Shown: piece by piece, positions 25,936 through 38,956 of the stretch
How positions within the stretch are numbered: position 1 is the stretch's first letter
Layout of the letters: the number at the start of each line of letters is the position of its first letter
NCBI RefSeq assembly: GCF_006345805.1
Contig: NC_043007.1
Span: 46,066,001-46,130,000 of the forward strand
Direction of reading: 5' to 3'
Source: Octopus sinensis
Lineage: Eukaryota
Length of the DNA: 64,000 bases
Notes under the pieces: generated by a model
The model's database searches: none
Seen by the model: the letters and a program-made list of their open reading frames with translations, nothing else
What the model was told of the DNA's origin: nothing
Position numbers and translations under genes: made by a program

Positions 25936-26427
25936 ATACTATAATCATAAATGATTATATATTGAATTTTGAGATACTAGAAGGCATCAACTCAACTCAG
26001 TATCAGAGCGAGCTAGAATCCGCAACTAGTATCACCGAATTCAATTTGTGAATGAAACGATTGTGTCACCAGCCCCTTCCCACCCGCGTGTAGCCAAAAC
26101 AAGATGCTGTGGTCATCTACTGAGATAAAATATGGTTATCCGTAATAATGAAGGGTGAAATTAATTAATTTGGAATAATTATCAATTACACCAAGTAGTC
26201 TTCGGCATGTAAAAGCCTCATTCGAGGAAAATTTAAGTAATACTAAGCAATAAAAGGTTTAGCAACGAATTGCCTTACCACATACCGAATTTAGAAATAG
26301 CAGTCAAAGGGTTTTAGCTATTTCTTCTACTAAAAAGGAGATCTCAGTAAAAACAGCAATTTGAAGGCAGACACAAACAGGTAAGAGAGAATGAATTGAC
26401 GGCAATCTATCATACATTTTAAAGTTA

Positions 26428-26534
26428 TCTACGGACGTACGTTTCGAAATCAAGTTTTTAGGAAAGCATAAGAATTAAATATTAAATATTAAATAATTCT
26501 ATCTTACCGAAACTTCTTTTCTCTTCAGCGTAGA
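26428..26534 (-). ncRNA. Type I hammerhead ribozyme, array copy 2
   Basis: Same as copy 1. Confidence 0.85.
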
Positions 26535-27022
26535 ATACTATAATCATAAATGATTATATATTGAATTTTGAGATACTAGAAGGCATCAACTCAACTCAGT
26601 ATCAGAGCGAGCTAGAATCCGCAACTAGTATCACCGAATTCAATTTGTGAATGAAACGATTGTGTCACCAGCCCCTTCCCACCCGCGTGTAGCCTAAAAA
26701 GATGCTGTGGTCATCTACTGAGATAAAATATGGTTATCCGTAATAATGAGGGTGAAATTAATTAATTTGGAATAATTTCAATTACACCAAGTAGTCTTCG
26801 GCATGTAAAAGCCTCATTCGAGAAAATTTAAGTAATACTAAGCAATAAAAGGTTTAGCAACGAATTGCCTTACCACATACCGAATTTAGAAATAGCAGTC
26901 AAAGGGTTTTAGCTATTTCTTCTACTAAAAAGGAGATCTCAGTAAAAACAGCAATTTGAAGGCAGACACAAACAGGTAAGAGAGAATGAATTGACGGCAA
27001 TCTATCATACATTTTTAAGTTA

Positions 27023-27127
27023 TCTACGGACGTACGTTTCGAAATCAAGTTTTAGGAAAGCATAAGAATTAATATTAAATATCAAATAATTCTATCTTAC
27101 CGAAACTTCTTTTCTCTTCAGCGTAGA
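27023..27127 (-). ncRNA. Type I hammerhead ribozyme, array copy 3
   Basis: Same core and stems I/III; small changes in stem II only. Confidence 0.83.
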
Positions 27128-27213
27128 ATACTATAATCATAAATGATTATATATTGAATTTTGAGATACTAGAAGGCATCAACTCAACTCAGTATCAGAG
27201 CGAGCTATATATA

Positions 27214-27330
<117 letters not shown>

Positions 27331-27718
27331 GAGAGAGAGAGTGAGACAGAGAGTGAGACAGAGAGAAAGATGGAGAGATGGTGAGTGAAAGAGGGAGACA
27401 GAAGTTGTAAAAACCAAGAAGCAGAAGTTCTATTATGGAGAAATTTCTTAGTTATATATTTGTATACTAGTATTTATGTCAATTTCTGCTGTCCATATAC
27501 TATTTCTCGATATGCGCCATTAGCCTTTATAAGTTATTCAGTGTGGGAGGTGCTAACAAATGAAACGTGTTTCTTTCTTCCATATGGAAAACATTAATTC
27601 AGGCTGGATGTTGACAGTTACAGTTCGGGTTTAACCATACTCCGTCAAGCGATTTAACTCCATCACCTAAATACTGGCTTCATCACTCTCCAATGAATCA
27701 CTTATATAAAGTATATGC

Positions 27719-27783
<65 letters not shown>

Positions 27784-27797
27784 TTATATATATATAT

Positions 27798-27828
<31 letters not shown>

Positions 27829-28164
27829 GTAAAGTGAGTAGCTACATCAATGTGGCAGATGAATGTTACCACTAGTTTAATCCAAGGCGGATTCTCTGCT
27901 AGCTGGTTTTCCGTGCAAGCCCCTTTATATACAGTATCAGGGGCAGCGGACCTCTACTAACTCCCAACTATTGTGCTTATATACAATATATCGCTAGCAG
28001 GGGGAGCAAATCTCAACGATACTCCGGCAATTTTGCTTAATCACACACACACACACACACATACATACATATATATAATATATATATATATATATTATAC
28101 AGTGGGGAGGGGGAAATAAATATTTGTACATGTCAAAATTCTTTATTTATTTAATTTCTAATGG

Positions 28165-28720
28165 ACATAAACGGGATATACGAATACTATATTTGCAGAG
28201 AAGATTCACAAAGAAGATCGTCTCTTTGCAACAGCTCAGCTACTGGGAAAGGTTGAAACAGCTAAGATTCTACTCCCTGGAGAGAAGACAGGAGAGGTAT
28301 GCAGTAATATATATCTGGAAGATCCTGGAAGGAATTGTGCCAAATTTTGGCATTGAAAGCTACACCAATGCCAGAACGGAACGACACTGCATAGTGCTAA
28401 AGATCTCAGCAATGCCATCACGCTTCAGGACCAGTTACTGCAACAGCCTGGGTTTCAAGGGTCAACGGCTTTTTAATATTCTCCCCAAGAGTCAGAGGAA
28501 TTTGCACAAAATAAATGTTGCGGTTTTTAAATCAAAGCTGGACTTCTTTCTGTCGAGAGTCCCAGCTGAACCTACCACACGGCAAGAGGTGCAAATGAGG
28601 GAAGCTATATCAAAATCCTTTCTTCACCAAGTGCCACATATTTGAGGAGGCTCTTAGTAATAACAGTGTAACACAAGTTGGCGGTGCATCAGCATGGCCG
28701 CAGCTCTGATCTGAAACTAG

Positions 28721-28722
<2 letters not shown>
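28165..28722 (+). mobile_element. 3' end of a CR1/L2-group LINE
   Basis: LQRRFTKKI..LSYWERLKQLRFYSLERRQERY..WKILEG..LFNILP..FKSKLDFFL is the typical post-RT region of CR1/L2-group ORF2; tail GGCGGTGCATCAGCATGGCCGCAG. Confidence 0.85.
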
Positions 28723-28751
<29 letters not shown>

Positions 28752-28759
28752 TCTATATA

Positions 28760-29425
28760 TTATCATTAATTAAAATCTTAAGGTAGCAAAAATATTCAAC
28801 GAAAAATTCTTAGTTACCAGTGGTCTAGCGAGAAAGGAAAAATTAGTCAATAGATTATATATTATTCAGAGAAGAATACAGTGTACTTTCAAACACAAAA
28901 GAGATACCCGAAGAATAGGATATCTGACTCGCTAGAAAGAGAAGTTGAAACTCAAAGCCACCAATTGTAATTCCGAAAGTGATTGGAAAATAAAAACTTT
29001 TACCTTAATCCTAGACCCTGCAAGGTTTCTGCAGACTTAAATACAGACTGAAATAAAATAATTTCAGTCTATATCTGGCGCTGCTCCTTCAGTAGGTTGC
29101 CAGGACTGAACTCATAGGCACGGAGCGATAAATAACCCACCACGTGACTATAGGTTCTCACGGTCTAGCGAGAAAGGAAAAATTAGTCAATAGATTACAT
29201 ATTATTCAGAGAAGTATACAGTGTACGTTCAAACACAAAAGAGATACCCGAAGAATAGGATATCTGACTCGCTAGAAAGAGCAGTTAAAACTCCAAGCTA
29301 CCAATTGTTGTAATTTCGAAAGTGATTGGAAAATAAAAACTTTTACTAGACCAGTGGTAGACCACAGGTAACTAAGAATTTTTCGATGAATATTCTTGCT
29401 ACGCTAAGATTTTTATTAATGATAA
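28760..29425. mobile_element. Foldback element: ~65-bp terminal inverted repeats enclosing two ~185-bp direct repeats and a central hammerhead
   Basis: TTATCATTAATTAAAATCTTAAGGTAGC..TTAGTTACCAGTGGTCTA matches the reverse complement of 29359-29425; direct repeats at ~28822-29003 and ~29162-29346. Confidence 0.8.
29007..29098 (-). ncRNA. Type I hammerhead-like ribozyme (variant core CUGAAGG)
   Basis: CCTA-CTGAAGGA-GCAG..[ATATAGACTGAAAT/ATTTCAGTCTGTAT hairpin]..CTGCA-GAAAC-CTTGCAGG-GTC-TAGG. Confidence 0.65.
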
Positions 29426-29805
29426 CATGTTTTTTGGCTAATTCTGGAAGAAAATCGGTAATTCATTTCTTAGTGCTCGTTGAGTTTCGCTTCTGCGCAG
29501 TAGATTCGAAAAGTTAGAACCGTCTCTATGCTACTATTACTCTCGCTACACCACGAGGAAATGTCATTCAATAGTGAGATAGGTGAGGGTGATACGCTGA
29601 CAGAGAGAAATTAGTTTTTCGATTCATTATATTAGATTTTTAATTTTGGGGAAATTGTATAGCAATTTAAGTGTATTTTATTTATATATCTATATCTATA
29701 TGTATGTATATATATGTGTGCGTATATGTATGTGTATTATACACATACACACACAAACACTCACACACACACACATATATATATATATATACATATATAC
29801 ACATA

Positions 29806-30327
29806 CAAAAACCACAACAAGAAAACAGCTGTTCATGCAGGAATAAAAAATTGTGCCCGCTAAATGGAGCTTGCATATCCTAGACCATCATCTATGAAGC
29901 TACCGTGAACTCTATAACCACTAAAGACATCGTTTCGACGAAGAAATACGTGGGCCTTACAGAGGGTAATTTCAAGGCCAGGTTCAATAACCACACCTTG
30001 AGTTTTAGGCACTGGAACAAAAGAAAAGTGACAAAATTATCTAATCATATATGGTCTTTAAAAGATAAAGGTGTCGATTATAACATCCATTGGAAGATTT
30101 TGGCCAAATGTAAGCCCTACACCAACGGCAGCGGAAAGTGCAGTCTATGCGTCACGGAGAGACGGCTTATCTGGAAAAGCAGCTTAGACCCTACTACATG
30201 TCTAAACTCATGGAGAGAACTTTTCGGATCATGCCCACATGTGACAAAATTTTTGTTACGTTTTTGGTCCCCTAAAAAAACAGATAGAACTTGCTTTCTA
30301 TATTATGTCCCAAAAAAGTTTTTTTAA
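29806..30327 (+). pseudogene. Penelope-like element GIY-YIG endonuclease domain (one in-frame stop at 29881)
   Basis: CSCRNKKLCPLNGAC..IIYEATV..KYVGLTEGNFKARFNNHTLSF..LSNHIWSLK..WKIL..CSLCVTE..LNSWRE..CPH. Confidence 0.9.
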
Positions 30328-31061
30328 TCTCATTATACCTTTTATTATTTCATATATTTTTATATTTTCACACATATTAATTTTTTCTGTACTTTTCTAT
30401 CCTGCATTTTTTCCTGTGCCTATATAGACGTGTATATAGATTTATTTGTACACGTGTGTGAATATGTATGAGTGGGCAGTTTTAGATGTGTGCGTGTGTG
30501 CGGGCATAAGAATGCATATATATATATACATTTTTACTTAGTATTTTTCCATTTTTTAGGGGTTTTTTTTTGGGGGGGGGCATATGCATAGTCATTTTTC
30601 GTATATGCGTGTGTATGTATGTGTATATAATTATGTGCGGGTATGTACATATATGGGCGTGTGTGTGTATGAGTGCATAGGGGCATGTCCGTATATGAAC
30701 GTGGTTTTTATGCTTTGTATACTTCCTTATGTTTTTTTCTGTTACCTTTAACCATGGTTTTTCTTGTGCTTGTGCGTATATAGACGTATGTATGAACTTT
30801 TACGGTACGCATGTGTGTGTGTATGAGCTTGTATATATATATATGCGCATATATTTGGCAAACAATGCGAGTGACGATGTGTACGTTTTCATAGTGACGT
30901 ATAAGTACGCACATGGGTCCGCGAGCGCACATGTGAGCGTATGACTAGCCGTTTTTTACTATGAAATTTTAATCGTATTTTATGTAAGTAGCAGAATTAT
31001 AACACAGTAATTTCCCTTTATATAACGGTATTTTTTCATAGCGTTTTTTTTTCAGATGGCC

Positions 31062-31122
31062 AGATAATCGAAGAGATGGTGTTGTGGATTTCCACTTCGG
31101 CATCTGAAACTCAGTTTTATCT
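31062..31122 (+). ncRNA. Degenerate hammerhead downstream of the Penelope endonuclease
   Basis: AGATAA-TCGAAGA-GATG..GTGGA/TCCAC..CATCT-GAAAC-TCA-GTT-TTATCT; 6-bp stem I intact, core CUGA changed to UCGA. Confidence 0.55.
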
Positions 31123-31151
31123 TGACTGTTGAGTAATTGTACATATTATTT

Positions 31152-31200
<49 letters not shown>

Positions 31201-31586
31201 ACGTATTAATGAAGACAAAAATATAACAAAATTGATAGTCTTCAGTACTTGGTTCCACAGAATTTTCTGTACAAGAACTTTTTACATTTTCTCCCTCTGT
31301 CACTCACATACCCACTGTGTTTCTCTCTTATTATTACTCTCACTGCCACGATCAATACTACTACTTTAATTAAAACATCATTAACTCTCCTTAAATTACT
31401 TTGTCTCTCATTTTCTCCTCTCTCCCTCTGTCTTCGCCACCGCCTTCACGTGTTTATGCCTACTATTACTCTCACACCAGCACGAGGAATTGCCATTGAA
31501 TAGAGAGAGATGGGGCCAAAGTGTGACATACTGACACAAAGATTATATGCATTTATTATATATATATATACACATACATATATATG

Positions 31587-31719
<133 letters not shown>

Positions 31720-32600
31720 GTATATACTATTTAAAGTGAAGTTCAATGTTGCTTACTGGCTTGTTTTGTTACACAGCTAAACTGGCACATAATGGTAAAT
31801 TTCTTTGATAGTAAATCAACTGATATGTGAATACGAACAGTATAAAATAACTTTCGCGTAAATCGGAGCAGCAGTTATAGAGATATTCGGGGTTTTGGAG
31901 TATAAATAGCCCAAAACAGTACATTATTGGACAATCTTCCGAAAATAATTTCACCCTGAAAGGGAAGAAACTCTAGCGTTTCCATTAGACATATTATGAT
32001 AGGCAAAATATTCTAAAGTGAAAATGACTTTAAGAATAAGATAAATATTTCGTTACCTCGGTGCGAAGTAGTTTTTTCCCCATAGTTTTCTTTCGAGTGC
32101 ATTCAACGTATCGCACCTCCAAATATGTGACTGTTATTTCTAGCACACTCTTCCACCTCGTAATAACTATTTGCTATAAACGACCCGAAATACCAGTTAC
32201 GTGACAAGAAGAGTGGAAAAATAGCAGCCAAATCTTTCCTTTTCTGAAGAAAGTGGCGGTTTATGCGTGATTTCAATGTCACATTCGTTGTCACAGGAAA
32301 AAGAGAAAACCCACGAAACAAAATCCCGTCGTTGGGAAACTCAGACTTTCCAGTGATCCAACGCGTCACGGGTAGTCTAATATATATATATATATTATAT
32401 ATATATATATATGTGTATATATATAGGAAGCGTGCAATAAGTGTGGTGAGGGTTAAAAACACTTACATGCCTAGAAATAGCAATCAAAAACCGCCATAGG
32501 ACCAATATAGTAATTGATATTATATCTCCTAAACTATAAACCATTCCCGCTAGCGACATGACATATAGTATTCAAAACATAAATAAAAATAAAAGATCAG

Positions 32601-32660
32601 TCCCCTATTGCAATTTCGAAGTTAGGAACCAGCAGTGATACCATTCTTATCTTCAGGAGA
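32601..32660 (-). ncRNA. Type I hammerhead (stem II closing pair mutated)
   Basis: TCTC-CTGAAGA-TAAG..CTTC-GAAA-TTGCAA-TA-GGGGA. Confidence 0.55.
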
Positions 32661-33160
32661 ACATTCCGTATATAGATTTTTACCCGAAAAAATTTACCTT
32701 GGTGCTTAATGTTTCCCGACCGGCAAGAATAATGTGTCAACGTCTATGTACACAATTCAAATTCTGAAATCAAACGTCATGCATAGCGTCTATAAGTTAG
32801 TACCCAGTAAAAACGAGTCAGAGCGAAGAAGCAGATATGGGTGAAAAATAAATAATAAAAGAGGAATGAATGTAAAAATACTTTACGCAGGATTTATTGT
32901 AGACAATCCAAAATTATTCACGAATATATCAGTGGCCAGAACATGCAATCGAAAAATATTTTATAAAAGAATAGTGCAATCATTGTCAAAGATCACAAAT
33001 ATAACGGAGAGGGTTAAAAACTCTTACATGCCTAGAAATAGCTGTCAAAAGCGCCATAAAGCCACTATAATCACTCATATTATATCTCCTCAACTATAAA
33101 CCCTGTCCGCGAGCCACATGGCATATAAAATTCAAAATCTAAATAAAAAGAAAATGTTAG

Positions 33161-33217
33161 TCCTCTATTGCAATTTCGAAGCTAGGAACCAGCAGTGGAC
33201 CCATCTTCTCTTCAGGA
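33161..33217 (-). ncRNA. Type I hammerhead (short stem I)
   Basis: TC-CTGAAGA-GAAG..CTTC-GAAA-TTGCAA-TA-GAGGA. Confidence 0.6.
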
Positions 33218-34343
33218 TATACATATACATAAAACATATTGTGTCCCACCACGCACCACACGCATATACGTGTGTGTGTGCGTGTATGAGTGTGTATGTG
33301 TGTGTGTGTGTGTTGTGTGTGTGTGTGTGTGTGTGTAATATGAGACATGTTTACGCCAGACAACGTATAACCGGAATGGAAATCTCACAAGTTGTGAAAT
33401 AAATTGTGGACTTTACTGAAATCAATATTTACAAGAATTCTTCTAAGTTACAAGCGATAAATCTTCTCAATTGTCTAAATTTTGATATATTTCCAAGGGT
33501 ACATGTTGAGGTTTTCGCGTTTAAGTATAGAAAAGTTATGCTTACTTTAGAAATAATTTAACCCCGTTTTGTTTTTCGCAGTAGAATATACGTAATATTT
33601 TTTATTTGCCTAAGTTTCGAATAGGAATAAATACCCCTAATTTGAAGTGTAGACGTATAAATTAGCTGTTACATTTGTCAACGCTGAATATAAATTTCCA
33701 TTAGACAAAAACGTGGACAGCACATTGCATTTTCTACCGATCTATATTCCCTTAGTGCCTCAATTTTATTTATTGAAATAGCGTATCTTCAGTTGCAAAC
33801 AGCAATTTTTGTAATTCAGGTTGGGAAATTGATATTGAATTAAGGAAGTTATAGCTTGACAAGAGATTGAAGAAAATATTTACAAATTGATATGAATGTT
33901 GTGATTATTTTATTTTATTTTATTTTATTTTTTGAATTTATTCCGCACATACGTTGTTGAGAGCAACCTAACCAAAAATTTTGTCAAATTGCCAATACAA
34001 TATATATGCTATGAAAGAAAAATGCATTATCAGAAATGTTTAAAGGGATGCGAGAACATCGACTTGCAATCATACTCAATCAGTCTGAAGGTATGACATG
34101 CTGGATGCACTTTTATATTTCACAATCCTTATGGCAAAAGGAAGTAATTGCTCCCGATAATCCAGAAGAAAATTGGCATTTTTCCTTTCAATTTCGATTA
34201 ACATTCTGCGTCATTTAAATATAATATATCTGTTCAACCAAATGAAGAACGAAAATTGATGAATGATTTTGCAGATAACTGTGTTCCGGACTATTACTTT
34301 TTAAAACACAATTTTGAACATAAACGCACACGCACGCACACAC

Positions 34344-34397
<54 letters not shown>

Positions 34398-35158
34398 GAT
34401 AGATATACATACACAAACAAATCTGGCAAAATTTTAATAAAGATATATTTGAATAAATAGATGTTAGAATGTTTCGTTGGATATGCAACATAAAATGCAA
34501 TCGAGAATGTGCATTATCCTATGCAAGTAAAAGGTAATTTAAATGTGAAAGTGTAGGCATATAATAATGAGGCAGATATCAACTTGTTTATCACCATTAT
34601 GATCTGGTGATCGCACATTACATACAAACCATGGAAACTAATGGGTTAATAGACGAGGTATTATCTGCAGCTTCATTTCACGAATAGAGGTGGCAACGCT
34701 GTTGTCTATTATGCTTTGTCCAATCTTTTAGTAGTCTGCCGTTCAGTATCTTCCCCCAGACAAATATCCAAACAGTATCGTACATCCACGTAACTCGCAG
34801 ATTTATACACACTCTCTACTATCTGGACACTGAGTATCTAGTTATTTTTTTTCATATGGCAATATTTATTGAGGAGGGAGTGGGCTTTATGAAGAATTCA
34901 AAATCCTGATATAAATATATCCAATTCTTCATTCTACAGCTTTGGACTGTGATTATTCTTGAGGAATCGCTACTCACTAGCCCGATTTCTGTTGGTCTAT
35001 TGTATATTTCAGTGTAATTCGGTGGTTTACTTGAGGGTTTAGCTTCTCTGTCCGGCTAGTAGGCGCAATATGCGCCCTCTATTGTAATTATAGTTACTAT
35101 TATAAATTTTATTCTCTAGCTATTAAATGGTATTATATATATACACACACACACGCAC

Positions 35159-35198
<40 letters not shown>

Positions 35199-35261
35199 TT
35201 TGTAAAAAGCATAAATCCCAAAGAGGACGCACGCTCTAAAATATAGAGCAGTATATATTAA

Positions 35262-35471
35262 AAATGGGGAAGGCCAGTTTATGGGATTACCTAAGGTTTC
35301 CTGTCCATGAATGATTTAGCTTTATGGCTTATCGTCAAATCCTAAAAACCTGTTGGTCCATGACCTCTTATAAATATGGAGGAAGAAAAAATTTCTCCTC
35401 CAGGTTTTGGGGATCTGACCCTTTATGAACGGCAAACCTAAGCTAATACCATGAACTGGCCTTTCCCATTT
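35262..35471. mobile_element. MITE-like foldback element within a TA-rich tract
   Basis: AAATGGGGAAGGCCAGTTTATGGGATTACCTAAGGTTT matches the reverse complement of 35434-35471; inner arm GTCAAATCCTAAAAACCTG pairs with CAGGTTTTGGGGATCTGAC. Confidence 0.7.
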
Positions 35472-35739
35472 ATATATATATATATATATATGTGCGTGTG
35501 TTAAAAGTGAAGTGTATAAGGATAAGATAATGTTTAATAAGTCAAATAACGAATCTGATGTAAATAGTAATTTTAATAACGCTAATATAAAATTTAGTAA
35601 AATAAATAAATCTGATCAGAAGAAAATAGTAATACAAATTTTAAATCAAATATAGAAGTTGATAAAATAACAAGAATAGTTGATTTTAAAATAGAAAATA
35701 ATCAAATGAATAATCCTAATTCAAACAAAAGTAAAAGTT

Positions 35740-36722
35740 GTAAAATAGTTGATAACCGAGTTTAAAATTCTCGTATTGCTAACAGAAATGAGGATGTTAT
35801 ATTCTCTAATAAACTCTTAAATTCTTTTAATCTGAAAACAAATATTTTAAGATTAAATAAAATCTAGATATCTTACTCATTCGAAAAACTGGTGTACATC
35901 AAGATCGTGATCTTAACTCGAAGAATTATAATTTTTCCAAATTGCTTCATATGATAATTCAAAAATGTTTTCCAATCAATCATAAATAATAAAAAACGTA
36001 ATAAGTATAATTTCGCATGCTTAACTGTCTTAGCAAGAATATTGCACAAATTATAGCAACACAAAATGCTGAAATAATATCGAAATTTCAAAAAACGGTA
36101 TTGAAATCAGAGTAGCATAGTAAATATTAAGCATAATGACGTCAAACGGAAAAAAAATTTAATAGAAGAGAATGCTAAGAATTTAAAATTCGCTCAAGGG
36201 AAAACTACCCAATTTAACATAGTTAACGTCGAATCGTATAAAAGTTCAGCTAAGAATGAAATAAATTTGATTCTATCATGAATGATTAAATTAAAACTAA
36301 ATCTAAGAGAAATGTAAAAACAAATTTATCCTTGCAATTGTTCTAAAGGGGAACCCTGTTATATGAGAAATAAGTGCAAGACTAAAAATGTAATGTATAG
36401 ATGTAAATTTATATCTGAGGGTAATGATGGGATATCATTTTTTAAGAGGATAGTAGCAAGTCATTTGAGTTCATTTAAACATAAATGTAAAATATTCCAA
36501 ACAAGTCATAGGAAATTAATCTGGTCTATTAAAGACAGTAACAAAGATAATACTATCAATTGGGAATTAATATGTACAGCAAAATTATACTGACGTGAAA
36601 CTAAAAAAATGTGTTTTAGTGTTTAGAAAAAAATTACATCCAAGTGTGATGTAATAAATTCTAGACAGGTGTGAATTTGAGATGCTCGCACCCGAGGGAA
36701 TTCACATGTGCCCAGCATAAAT
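35740..36722 (+). pseudogene. Degenerate Penelope-like element 3' region (GIY-YIG)
   Basis: YPCNCSKGEPCYMRNKCKTKNVMYRC..SHLSSFKH..KLIWSIKD...INWELI aligns with the 29806-30327 domain. Confidence 0.7.
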
Positions 36723-36898
36723 GAATAATAATCATTTAAACAACAGAATGGTTTGAAATAATGGAATACAAGTGATAATCCACTCAAAACTTGAAATGGA
36801 GATTGTTCACGTCTAACTTAACGACAACTCTCCATCATACAACGCGGAGTATATACACAATAAACTTTAAAGAGTTAAATCGACGGATAATAAGTAAA

Positions 36899-36976
36899 GA
36901 CCCTAAAGTAACTGCCCCAGTATTATAGTAGGGTTGCAACTGCAATCGATGCAGGCAGTTGAAACATGTGTAGGTC
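36899..36976 (+). ncRNA. Degenerate hammerhead downstream of that relic
   Basis: GACC-CTAAAGT-AACTGCC..GGCAGTT-GAAAC-ATGT-GTA-GGTC; stems intact, core has two substitutions. Confidence 0.55.
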
Positions 36977-37089
36977 AATGTAAAGCAACATGTATATTAA
37001 AAAATTTACAAGTAATGCAATGCAACTCCGTAATAAATCTTATTCTTCTGCTTCTTCTTCTTATTATTATTATTATTATTGTTGCCGGT

Positions 37090-37334
37090 GTATAATATGA
37101 GTTCCTTCAAATGACACCATCCCGCTGGCTAAGCGAGCAGATCAACATAAGAAAGAGTGAGAGACAGCTGTGGCGAAAGAGTACAGCAGGGATCACCACA
37201 ACCCCCTGCCGGAACCTCGTGGAGCTTTAGGTGCTTCCGCTCAATAAACAGTCACTACGCCCGGTCTGGGAACCGAAAACGCGACCCCACGACCGCGAGT
37301 CCGCTGCCCTAACCAGTGGGCCATTACGCCTCCA
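37090..37334 (-). mobile_element. tRNA-derived SINE (second family)
   Basis: Minus head GGAGGCGTAATGGCCCACTGGTTAGGGCAGCGGACTCGCGGTCG; homologous to 10717-10920. Confidence 0.82.
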
Positions 37335-37499
37335 CATATATATATATATATATAACTTTCGGTTTGTTATATTTATATATAAAAAAAAACCGTTTGTATA
37401 AGTTTTTACCGAATATGGTCCTTTTCCATACCGAAAAACTACTAGGTGAAATTTGTTGATTTTATTAAATTAATAATTCTTCACCTTATATCTGTAATG

Positions 37500-37635
<136 letters not shown>

Positions 37636-37676
37636 TATATGTATGTATGCACATATATGTATATGTATATCTATCC

Positions 37677-37718
<42 letters not shown>

Positions 37719-38286
37719 GCCTGAAAAACAAACTACTTAACCAAAATTAACATATTCTCAGTTTAACATTGAATTATGTAATTTAGTGATATGCATACAT
37801 ACACACATACAAAAGAAAGAGTAACATGACTGGGATATTTCAACCATAAAATAGTCGATCAATGTTGATACGTAACTAAACAACAAAATGATATAATATC
37901 ATACTAAAATTATAACATACTATCCTATGATTCCAATGGCATATGAGATAACGAGTCCAAAGAATAGTATGCCCACAGCAAAGGCAATAATATCAAGTTG
38001 TCTTTCACAATATGTTTTCTCAATTATATTGTTCTGCAACTAAACAAAGCAAGCGCCATGGTTCACCAGTATATTTCTATAACATATTAAGTATATTCAT
38101 GCATATTTTATACACACTAACTGAAGTTCTGAGTAAAGTGAAAAACAAAATGCCTGAAGATAAGAAAAACATAAATGGTAGTTTAATTTTATTGATTGTT
38201 CACGAACTAAGTTAAAAGTAAAAAAACATGTTTACGTTTTGTAGCCGCCTAAAATCCGATTTAGTAAAATGTATATCTGACGAGTT

Positions 38287-38442
38287 TTCTTCTTCTTCTT
38301 CTTTTTCTTCTTCTTCTTCTTCTTCTTCTTCTTCTTCTTCTTCTTCTTCTTCTTCTTCTTCTTCTTCTTCTTCTTCTTCTTCTTCTTCTTCTTCTTCTTC
38401 TTCTTCTTCTTCTTCTTCTTCTTCTTCTTCTTCTTCTTCTTC
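38287..38442. repeat. (TTC)n microsatellite
   Basis: Directly visible. Confidence 0.98.
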
Positions 38443-38887
38443 AGAAATCAGAAATCAGAAATCAAAAATCAGAAATACTATTCCCTTTTAATAAACGCCA
38501 TTACGTCCGCCCCATAGCAGACCCGACAATGGTTTATTTTCATCGTAGATAAACTGGCTTCAAATAACAAACCGATTTCCATTAAGTACACACACAATTT
38601 TCTAAAATACCTCACTGCAGAGAAACATCATATGTATTCTTCATTGGAGATGGTCTATCGCTGAACAGCAACAAAAATAAAAAACAACAACAACAACAAC
38701 AACAACCGTATGTTTATGCCTCGAACCAACCAGAGATATTCTATGCTATAGATGTTTGATTTGCGAGCATTGGTAGTCAACTGTTACTCGTTTAAATACC
38801 ATAATATTTTCTTTCATGACGGAAACAACATTCTTTGCCGCAGCCGCTATTGAAATCTAATGTTTCTTTTATAGGTACATACATACA

Positions 38888-38954
<67 letters not shown>

Positions 38955-38956
<2 letters not shown>

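Larger units (their letters stand above)
25641..27205 (-). repeat. Head-to-tail tandem array of ~2.6 near-identical ~600-bp non-coding units inside (TA)n, one hammerhead per unit (retrozyme / Penelope pLTR-like)
   Basis: Units start at 25641, 26240 and 26835 (periods 599 and 595); differences are mostly homopolymer indels; no long ORF. Confidence 0.93.
32448..33217 (-). repeat. Two diverged ~210-bp direct repeats (32448-32658, 33009-33217; spacing ~560 bp), each with a hammerhead
   Basis: GAGGGTTAAAAAC..CTAGAAATAGC..CTATTGCAATTTCGAAG..TCTTCAGGA occurs twice. Confidence 0.82.

Noticed and set aside
25641-27205. CRISPR array or LTR pair
   Set aside because: Units are contiguous ~600-bp copies without unique spacers, TG..CA ends, PBS or internal gag/pol.
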